A DNA stretch of 64,000 nucleotides from assembly GCA_043757325.1 (NCBI GenBank), contig JAYVPO010000116.1, forward strand, positions 4,157-68,156, read 5' to 3'. The notes under the pieces were generated by a model, which had not been told where the DNA came from, did not search any database, and worked only from the letters and a program-made list of their open reading frames with translations. This document shows positions 10,365 through 19,700 of the stretch, in pieces. Origin of the DNA: a bacterium. GTDB taxonomy: Bacteria > Bdellovibrionota_B > Oligoflexia > Oligoflexales > RGVZ01. Position 1 is the stretch's first letter; every line of letters begins with the position of its first letter. Made by a program: the position numbers and the translations under genes.

Positions 10365-11297
10365 ATGAAAAAATTAATCGCTTCCGTCGCATTTGGATTT
10401 GCTTCAAATGGTTTTGCACAAAGGGCAACCTTGATTGGAGGATTTGAGGCCGATATACGAGATTTCCCCGCTTCGATTTCAGCCCAATTTCCGCTGCAAA
10501 ATGGATATGGCTCGTGTACGGCGACAATTGTTGGTCCGCAAGTTTTATTAATCGCATCCCATTGTGTGCGAGATAATCCTTCGGGATCTTTTACTGTGGG
10601 TGCAAATAAGTATAAAATTGCGTGCAACATGTCAGATTTGTATAGCCAAGGCACTGATCACGATATTGCACTTTGTAAAATCGATCATCCCGTTACGGGA
10701 GTGGTTTTCGAGAATCTCAATCTTGATTCTAGCTTAGTCAAAGTTGGAGACGTTCTTCAACTAACCGGTTACGGCTGTATTAATTCCAATCGTAATGGTT
10801 CCGGAAGTGGTGGAAACGACGGCATTTACCGAGTCGGCGAGGCCATGGTTAAAAGTTTACCAAGCAGTTTTTCTTATGACTACGAAACTCTTGGTGCTTC
10901 GGCTTTGTGCCAGGGCGATTCCGGTGGCCCTTCTTTTAAGTATTTGGATGCAGCTAAAAAATTCCGAGTCGTAGTGTCTGCGAATTCTAAAGGAAATATC
11001 GTCGATACAAGTTATTTAGCTTCGACCTCATCTGAGGCGAGTGTTGCGTTTATAAAATCTTGGGCCAAGGCTAAAGCGGTTTATATTTGCGGAGTGCATC
11101 AAGAAGCTTCTAATTGCCGTGTTACGAGCGAATCGGCCCCCAAAGACCGCGATAAAACACCAGCAGTTTGTTCTGCTGATATTGTCGAAAGCAATGTTGT
11201 AGTTTATAAAAGCTGTTTGGGTTCATCAAAAGCCACCGTGACAGATTGCGATAAAGCCTTGGATATTTTAGAAGACTGCCGCGCAAACAAGAATTAA
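10365..11297 (+). CDS. Secreted trypsin-like (S1) serine protease with Cys-rich tail
   Basis: Signal peptide, IGG mature N-terminus, catalytic triad in ASHC, DIAL and GDSGGP. Confidence 0.93.
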   Translation: MKKLIASVAFGFASNGFAQRATLIGGFEADIRDFPASISAQFPLQNGYGSCTATIVGPQVLLIASHCVRDNPSGSFTVGANKYKIACNMSDLYSQGTDHDIALCKIDHPVTGVVFENLNLDSSLVKVGDVLQLTGYGCINSNRNGSGSGGNDGIYRVGEAMVKSLPSSFSYDYETLGASALCQGDSGGPSFKYLDAAKKFRVVVSANSKGNIVDTSYLASTSSEASVAFIKSWAKAKAVYICGVHQEASNCRVTSESAPKDRDKTPAVCSADIVESNVVVYKSCLGSSKATVTDCDKALDILEDCRANKN

Positions 11298-11316
11298 TTT
11301 TTTATTAGAGGTATTT

Positions 11317-11877
11317 ATGAAGTTTTTTAAAACGGCTAATATTTTGCTTTGTTTCGGAATGTTTGCCTGCGGTATGCATAACAAAAACGCAGTTACAAGA
11401 ACTGCGGAAGTCAGTATTCCTGAGACGAAATCACCTTCGCAGGCCGACTCCCAACGAACTTTGCCTTCGCCGCCTATTGTTGCGTTAACTGGAGCTCAGG
11501 ATGTTACTTTATACGACCCGCAAGATATGAAGTTGAGTCTGGGGAAATTGGTTAGCAAGGGAAAAATGCTTATCGTCATGTCAAAAGACGAGTGCAAAGA
11601 TTGCAGCGTAGATTTGTTTTCTAAAGTCCCTGCGCAGCTACAAGGTTGCGACGTTGTGAAAATTATGCCTCGTGTTCACGCGCGAAGTCTTGCCAAAGCG
11701 GATTTGGAAACTAATAAAATTTACCTGAGTAATATGTCATCGCTTGGAATTTTCAAAAGATTTGGCGTGGATAATTTAGGTAGCGTAGGTGGGTTTATTG
11801 TAGACTCGACCGGCAAGGTTCTGGGTCAGGCGAAATCTCCAGTGGATTTGGCAGGTCTTCTAGAAGTTTGCCGATAA
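11317..11877 (+). CDS. Lipoprotein, thioredoxin-like fold
   Basis: Lipobox MFAC; CKDC motif after a beta strand; FIVDSTGKV end typical of redoxin folds. Confidence 0.55.
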   Translation: MKFFKTANILLCFGMFACGMHNKNAVTRTAEVSIPETKSPSQADSQRTLPSPPIVALTGAQDVTLYDPQDMKLSLGKLVSKGKMLIVMSKDECKDCSVDLFSKVPAQLQGCDVVKIMPRVHARSLAKADLETNKIYLSNMSSLGIFKRFGVDNLGSVGGFIVDSTGKVLGQAKSPVDLAGLLEVCR

Positions 11878-12037
11878 TAAATGCTTGAAAACAGAAATTT
11901 TTTTAAAAAATAGCATTTTTGGAAAGGCTGCAAGTTTTAATTCTAAAAATTATAATCTGAATCGAAATTAAATGGTTGTAACTAAAATTCCCTGTTATTT
12001 AATGTGCGCGGTAGAGGCAAGGATAATATTTAAATGT

Positions 12038-13225
12038 TTATACGATTGCGTTTACAGGCAGGCAAAATATATCTCGGCTAGACATGTAAGCGGAATCACC
12101 ACTATGTAGGGCGATAAGTCTTGACTGGCGCTTTGATTGTTTTTGATAGGATCGGAGACTTTTCAAATTCTTTTCCGTAACTTTTTTTTCTGGAGTCACA
12201 GTGATTGCAATCGAATGACCTTTCGAACGTTCGAACACAAAAGGTACCCTCGCTCCACCTCGTGTCGCAAAAGCTGAAAACTTTAACACACTGTTTGGCA
12301 TCAAAGACTTTTGAACCCGCAATTCATGGTAAACGAACCCTTCGAGTACAGAAATCTCAGTTCGATTCACAGTTTCCCCAGCATAGGACGCCAGTCCTTG
12401 GTCTTCGACATAAAAAGTGTTTCCATGGGACCTGATGAGATACAGTCCAACCATCGCATCAATAATTTTGCGCATGGTAGGAACGGAGTAGCCAAACATG
12501 CGAGAAAGAGTTGAAAGGTTGCTAGGAAGTCCCTGCAAGGCTACGATTTGATAAAACAGTTCGCGCAATGCAGATACTTCCATCTTGGTTTGAATAAGAA
12601 ACTGGATGTCACGACCGAGCAGAGTGTCGAGATGTTGGCTAAACATTTGATAGCGTACTTTTTCCTCGCGCTGCGAGAATATACCCGGTAAACCACCTTT
12701 TGATAAATATCCTTCGATGTGACTAAATTTGCTCCAAGCAGTTGCTTCAGAGATGCAATTAAACTGCGTATCAGTTTCGAAAATAGCTCGATGTAAAAAA
12801 TCAGAAACTTTTTGTTTGTGGCACTCAGCCAGTGTAAATGGAAACATTTCCAGTACAACATTGCGACCTGTCAGTGATTCGCGAATATTTTTTTTACTAG
12901 CGAAACGAACCAATCCGGTTAATATAAATCTTCCAGGCGTGCGTTTATGGTCAATCATCATTTTAATGATATCAAAAATTTGCGGAAATTTTTGGACCTC
13001 ATCTAGACCTATAGGATAAGGACCCGGCTGCAAAATAGCTGCGCGTTCTCGATTTAGCCGTCCAATAAACTCTGCGCTATCAAAAGTGTGATATTGAGCT
13101 GAAAATCTCTTCGTCAAGGACGATTTGCCTATTTGCCGCATCCCAACAATAGAGATGCTGGGAGCCCAAGTAAGGCTATGTTTTAAAAGTTCTTCAATCC
13201 CACGATTTCGCCAATGAGCACTCAT
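12038..13225 (-). CDS. AAA_14 / DUF4143 ATPase (COG1373)
   Basis: Walker A GMRQIGKS, Walker B IGLDEVQK, ESLTGR, YLSKGGLP. Confidence 0.88.
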   Translation of the reverse strand: MSAHWRNRGIEELLKHSLTWAPSISIVGMRQIGKSSLTKRFSAQYHTFDSAEFIGRLNRERAAILQPGPYPIGLDEVQKFPQIFDIIKMMIDHKRTPGRFILTGLVRFASKKNIRESLTGRNVVLEMFPFTLAECHKQKVSDFLHRAIFETDTQFNCISEATAWSKFSHIEGYLSKGGLPGIFSQREEKVRYQMFSQHLDTLLGRDIQFLIQTKMEVSALRELFYQIVALQGLPSNLSTLSRMFGYSVPTMRKIIDAMVGLYLIRSHGNTFYVEDQGLASYAGETVNRTEISVLEGFVYHELRVQKSLMPNSVLKFSAFATRGGARVPFVFERSKGHSIAITVTPEKKVTEKNLKSLRSYQKQSKRQSRLIALHSGDSAYMSSRDIFCLPVNAIV

Positions 13226-13576
13226 TTGTTAAAAATAAACGAACTAGACGTTTATGTCAAATTTAAACAAGTCTGTTTAATATATGCATAAACGCAAACT
13301 ACCGCAAATGGTAAGGACCTGGATAAAGCACCATTTGGGAACAAAACAATCAATCGGTTCGAAGGGATGCAGGTATTTATTTTAAAAATAGAAAATTCAT
13401 TGCAAATATCAAATAATATCTCGAACACGCGTGTACAACGTTCTGTAATAATACAATAATTTCAACAATGATAAATTTAGTTCATCTATTTTCATTATCT
13501 GCCGAAGTCCTAAGGTAAGGCGAGGGTTTTTTCCCTTCTTCTTTAATTGATCTCAGGCGCGTAACTAGCAAACTAA

Positions 13577-13650
13577 GCTGGTGCAAAATGAAAAAAGGAC
13601 AAGGCGACGAAAAAAAACCAACGCAGTCATTTTTATCATTTCGCGCCAGC
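13577..13650 (+). repeat. RPE-like palindromic element, subfamily 1, internally deleted copy A
   Basis: Terminal IR GCTGGTGC...GCGCCAGC. 31 nt (13619-13649) are identical to 47777-47807; internal CAAGGCG/CAACGCAG motifs. Confidence 0.85.
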
Positions 13651-13657
13651 GACTAAC

Positions 13658-13779
13658 ACCACTACGTTAAGTTGGGGAGAACAAGGCGCGAAGTGGCGAG
13701 AAAAGAGGAGTTTACTTACTAGTAAATGAGCATTTTCGAGCGACTAGCCACGCAGTTATCGTCAAATTAACGTAGTGGT
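13658..13779 (+). repeat. RPE-like palindromic element, subfamily 2, copy B
   Basis: Perfect 13-bp terminal IR ACCACTACGTTAA/TTAACGTAGTGGT; internal ACAAGGCGCGA, GGAGTTTAC-GTAAATGAGCA and CCACGCAG. Confidence 0.85.
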
Positions 13780-13798
13780 ACTAAATGGGGTAATCGTC

Positions 13799-16700
13799 AT
13801 GGGTTTTGTCAGATTAAACATATCAAGCTTTTTCGCTGTCTTGCTTGCGGGATGTAATGGCGGATCGCAGTCTGACTTAGCGAACACATTGAGAGGTGCT
13901 TCTGGCACGGAAGCTTCTAATTCTACTTTAAAAATCTCACCCTCTGCTTTGTCATTTGGAAAAGTCGTTTTGGGTTCTGAATATTCTGATCAAAATATAA
14001 CAATTACGAACTCGGCTTCCGCATCTATTTATCTCTCAGACATGGTTTTTTCTGATCTTGCACCAAACCTTACAACATCAAAGTATTTTTCAGTTACTTC
14101 TGGTACCTGCACGTCTGATTCGCCGCTACCCGCCGGTGGCAGCTGTACGGTTATTATCCGTTTGAAAACTCCTATCAACCCAGGCAGCATTACGGCCGCA
14201 GGAACCATAGCCTTTGGCGGTTCGCTTGACGATCATCCTTTTTCTTCTACCGTAAATATTTCTGCCACAATCTCTTCAGCGACCAGTGCCCAAATTGGAA
14301 ATTCTGCTATTTCCTTCAGTCCAACTCCGTATCAGTTTCCAAATACCTCCTTGAATCAAAATACTTCTAAAATAATAACCTTAAAAAACACGTCGGCCTT
14401 TGACGCCACGATTTCAAGTTACACTGGCGTTGCATTGCCTTTTTCCATAGATCAAAATACGTGCCCTGCAGTCGGAAAAACATTTATCTCCGGCGCAAGT
14501 TGTACGATGACTGTTTCTTTTCAACCAACTGCCTCTGGAGTTAGTGTAAATTACTTGACTGCAAACTATTCGGTTGCAGGAAACGCCGGCATAACGGTGA
14601 GTTCAAACGTAAGTCTAACGGGCGCATCGGGTTCTCTCGGTACGTCTGCCATAGCTTTTTCACCGGCTACGTATTCTTTTGGATCATTACGCGTCAACTC
14701 GGGTTCGGGGGTTAAAACATTTACAATTACCAACTCTGCTACCAATTCTATTTACATAAACTCTATCGCAGGCTTTGATTCTAACTATACCAACGTCTCG
14801 ACCAACTGCCCCTTAACGCCTAGTCCTTTTGCAGCTGGGGCCGTGTGCAATCTTACCGTACAATTTGCGCCGCACTCGACTGGAGCCTTGTCTGGAAATA
14901 TTTTAATTTCTTACGACGAAGTTCCAGGGAACTCGGCCTTTCAAACGTCTTTGGCACTGACCGGAACCGGGGTCGGAGTATTATCCTTTGCAGGTCTAGC
15001 CTCCATCGGTCCCGATACGGCTATTACAACATCTCAAATGCAACTTAATTGGCTGGCAGCGACCGGAGGAACAGTCAGTCGCTATTATATTTACCAGGTC
15101 ACAGGTGGAAGTCTTGTTTACGTCGCAGATGTTGCATCTACGCAGACGTCTTATTCGGTTACGGGTTTAACGGCTAACACGCCTTATACTTTTTTGGTAA
15201 GGGCTTCAGATACGTTGGGAGTTCCTGATTCTAACAATTCTCAAATCACCCAAAATACCGATGCCGTCGGCTCGTTTCCTGCTTTTACAATCGGGGCTGT
15301 CGCTGAAGGTAGTACTACGATTTCGGGTAATTTATCTTGTACGACGGGTGTTGTAAAATCCGTCGCTCCCGTGGCTAGTTTTTCCATCGTTTCACAGTCT
15401 GACGCGGCCGTAAACTGCTCCATAGTGGGCGGGGGACCCTATCAGGTTTCTTGTTCGCCAAGCTACAAAACAGGTCATGCAAGTTGGCCATCGAATGTTA
15501 CCGCAAGATGTTCACTTGATGGCGCAGCTATTGATCTTGTCACTGCAATAACTGTAAATGATACGGTGAGAGCACCTGTTCTCGCAGCAACTTCGAATTT
15601 TTCTGCTATCGCCGGATCTGCGATCACAGCAGTTGATCCCAAAATTTCTGCTGCCTTAACCGATGCCGACGGCGATACCATGTCTTTTACTTGTAAATAC
15701 GACACGGTTGTAGACGGCGCAGTAGCAGGAGGCGCGGCAAGCTGTGCTGCGCTGCCGGCAACGGCTTTTAGTTTTAGTGCTACCACCGGTATTTTAAACT
15801 GGACTCCCAGTAATGCAGCAGCCGTCGGTGGCTCGCAACCTTATGAAATATCTATCACTGCGTCCAACGGACTAGGTCAAACAACATCCGATATTTTTGT
15901 GATTACAATTAATGGAACAATCGTAAATTCCGTGTCTTCAACTGCCGCTAACGGAACATACGCCATCGGTGCAACGTTACCTATAACTGTAAATTTTTCG
16001 GGTCCAGTGACTGTTACTGGTTCTCCAACTTTGACATTTGCAACCACCGGAACAAATGGTGTTGCTAATTATTCGTCGGGATCTGGAGCTTCGACTTTAA
16101 CTTTTAATTACACAGTCCTTTCTGGACAATCGAGTGCTGCGTTAAATTATTTAAATACTTCGGCACTGGCATTGAACGGCGGAACGATTCTTGATGTTTT
16201 ATCTAGTCCCGCGGTTTTAACTTTGCCGGCTACAGGATCTGCATCGGCCTTGGCTTTAACAAAATCTCTTGTTATCGACGGTGTGCGTGCAAACGTCATC
16301 AACGTCACGTCGACCAAACCCGACGGAACTTACGGCGCAGGAGCAGCCATGAGTATTCAAGTTACATTTGATAAAAATATAACCGTAGCAGGTGGTACTC
16401 CAACGCTTTTACTAGCCACTGGAACCACTTCCGAAACCGCTTCTTATACGTCGACGACCACAAGTAATACCTTGAATTTTTCCTACACCGTACAGGTTGG
16501 AGATACGACTTCTTCTGGTAACTTAAATTATGTGGCCACAAATAGCCTTGCTTTGGGTGGAGCCACGATTTCGGACGCCGCAGGAAATACCGCTTTATTA
16601 ACGTTGCCTGCACTCGTGAGTACGGCACGCCTTGCAGCCAATAAAAATATTATTATCGACGCCGTCCTGCCAGCTGTTACCAATATTTATAGCAATAAAG

Positions 16701-19700
16701 CCAACGGGTTTTACACAACCGGGACGTTAATAGACGTACGAGCAACTTTTACCAAAGCGGTAAACGTAACGGGAGCCCCGCGGATTTTACTGGCTACTGG
16801 GTCTACCCAACGCTATGCAAATTATTCTTCTGGATCCGGTAGCAGTTCCCTTGTGTTCAACTACACAGTCCAAAGTGGGGACTCGGCCAATTTACTGGAT
16901 TACGTTGCGACCACATCTTTTGGATTAAATGGCGGAACTATCAAAGACGCCATGTTAAACGTTGCAACTTTAACTCTTGCCACACCGGGGGCGGCAAATT
17001 CCTTATCAGCAAATGCTAGTTTTGTAATCGATACGGTTCCGGCCACCGTCTTAGGAGTTTCTTCGACCTTGGCCAACGGTAGTTACAAGACCGGACAGAG
17101 TATTCCCATTCAAATAACTTTCAGCAAAAATGTAACTGTAGCTGGCGGAACACCAACGCTTCTTTTATCGACAGGAACAGTAAATCAAACCGCAAACTTT
17201 ACTTCCGTAACCGGGGCCGTTGCAACTTTTACCTACGTTGTTCAAAGTGGAGATTCGGCAACCCTTCTGGACTATGTTTCCACAACGTCACTGGCTACAA
17301 ATAGTGCGACAATATCAGACATGATGGGAAACTCCGCCACTTTGACTCTTCCGACACCCACGGCTGCAGGATCTTTAAGTGCCAATAAAACTTTTGCCAT
17401 CATGACCGCCACTCCTGCCACGCCAGTGATTTCTACGCCAGCAACCGGAACTTATAAAACCGTAAATACTTTTTCACTTACCGGAACCGGACCAGCAGGA
17501 TTGACGATCTCCATAAAAGACGCTTCAACAACTTTAGGAACAACCACCGGCGCAAGTTGGACTTATGCGATCGGAACGGCCCTTTCCGAAGGAAGCCATA
17601 CGTTTACAGCGATTGCTTCTGACGCTGCAGGAAACGTCAGTGCCGCGTCAAACTCCGTGGTGGTCACCGTTTCAACGGTCCCGCCATCTGCTCCCGTAAT
17701 TGGAACGGTTACCACACCGACAAACAATGCAACACCGACAATTTCTGGTACGTCAGGCGCAAGCGTAACCGTAAATTTATATCAAGCCGCAACTCTTATT
17801 GGAACCACTACAGCCTCAGCTGGCGGAACCTGGTCGATCGTCTCGAGTTCTCTTTCAGACGGTGTGTACAGTCTGACTGCCAAGGCCGTAAACCCAGCCG
17901 GGCAGGTAAGCACTGCGTCGACTGCTGTTTCGTTGACTATAAACACGGTTACTCCAACTGTCTCGGGCGTAACTTCGAGCACTGCAAACGGTACATACAG
18001 TGCTGGCATCACCGTTTCTGTTATCGTGGGATTTTCTACAAATATGGTGGTAACAGGCACCCCACAAATCCAAATGGCGTGCGGTGGAAGCTCGCCGTGG
18101 GCCAGCTATACTAGCGGCTCTGGTACGAGTTCTTTGACTTTTCAGTTTACGACCGCACCGGGTCAGTCCACTGCCCACTTAGATTACTTGGCTACTTCTT
18201 CACTTACAACAAACGGGGGAACCATAAAAGATACCGCTGGAAATAATGCAACGTTGACCTTGGCAACTCCGGCGGCTGCGAACTCACTTTATGCAAACAG
18301 CAATATTGCAATCGACGCCCTGCTTCCGGTTGTTAGCGGCGTAAGCTCTGCAGTTACTAATGGCACCTACGGACCTGGTACTGTGATACCGATCGTTGTA
18401 ACTTTTTTAAAGGTAGTAACAGTGGCGGTATCGACTCCAACTCTAACCCTCGGAACTACCCCTAACCAAATCGTCAACTACACTTCTGGTTCGGGATCGA
18501 CCGCTTTAACCTTTGCCTATACAGTTCAAAGTGGAGATGTCAGCAGTCGCCTTGATGTGACTTCTACAACGGCTTTGTCTTTGGCTGGATCAACCATAAA
18601 AGACGCCCTCGGAAATAATGCGGTATTGACATTAGCCGCACCCGGCGGCGCAGGGTCGCTTGGCAATGCAAAATTTTTAGTTATTGCTGGAACCGCATCG
18701 GCTCAAGGTTTGACAGCTTCGACCACAACTCAAACTTTGATTGCAACCACCGCAATTACGCCGGTTGATGTGAATGTAACAAGCACAGGGAACGATAACG
18801 ACTCACACGGTGCTGCTATGAGCTACTCTTGTACTTACAATTCGGGCACGGCTTGTTCTAGTCTTCCTAATACAGTGTACTCATTTAGTACCTCCACCGG
18901 AATTTTAAACTGGACTCCAAGTGCCTCGGCCGCACCAAGTTCCAGCACCACCTATACGTTTACGGTAACTGGCACAGATTCTTATCATATGACTTCCTCC
19001 GTAAATTATTCGGTTACCGTTCAGCCAAAAGTTGTCTTGACGACGTTTGCAAATAAAGTTTTCCCTTCTACTTATTTGGACCAAGGCGCCACGTTAAATC
19101 TAGACTGGAATAATACCGCAACCGGAACAGACGTCGGCGTTACGTATGCATGTGTATTTGATCAAATTCCAGATGGTGCTGTGGCTGCAGGAACCGCATG
19201 CTCAAGTTTGCCAGGAATCGCGACTTTTAATACAACGACCGGCATACTGGCTTGGACTCCTGATGCATCTGCCTGGGGGCCATACGAGCTAAAAGTTACT
19301 GGAACTGGTTCGGCCTCAAGCGACATCAAATACCTGATCGTCGATGTGCGGCAGCCCTATGTAAAAACAAATTTAATCGGCGATTGGGACACCCAGTTTG
19401 CTAACCTTTCGGCACCAAATACTGGAGCCGCCACAACCTGGAATGATCTGACAACTTTTGCCAACAACGGAAGTCTTACCGCCACCACTATTTCGTGGCC
19501 TGGAACAGGAGTGTTTTCTAATCCTTTTGCGTTATCTTTTTTAGGTGCTGAATATGTCGATTTCGGAAGTTCAACTTTAAGCGGCATCACCAAAATGATG
19601 TTCGATACTTGGATAAAACCAACGTCGGCGAGCTCAGGCGATACCGTAATACTGGGAAATAGCAATGACAGCGCTGGAAACGGGTTTACTTTAAGACAAA

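Noticed and set aside
13292-13340. GCAAAC-TACC-GCAA..GGTA-AGGAC resembling the first stem of a c-di-GMP-I (GEMM) riboswitch upstream of the adhesin
   Set aside because: The following GCAAAGC and the second hairpin with tetraloop receptor are missing. An Infernal scan with RF01051 would decide; not supportable by eye.
13775-13798. Track start GTG 13775 for the adhesin
   Set aside because: It lies within the terminal IR of repeat B; ATG 13799 gives a normal lipoprotein signal peptide.
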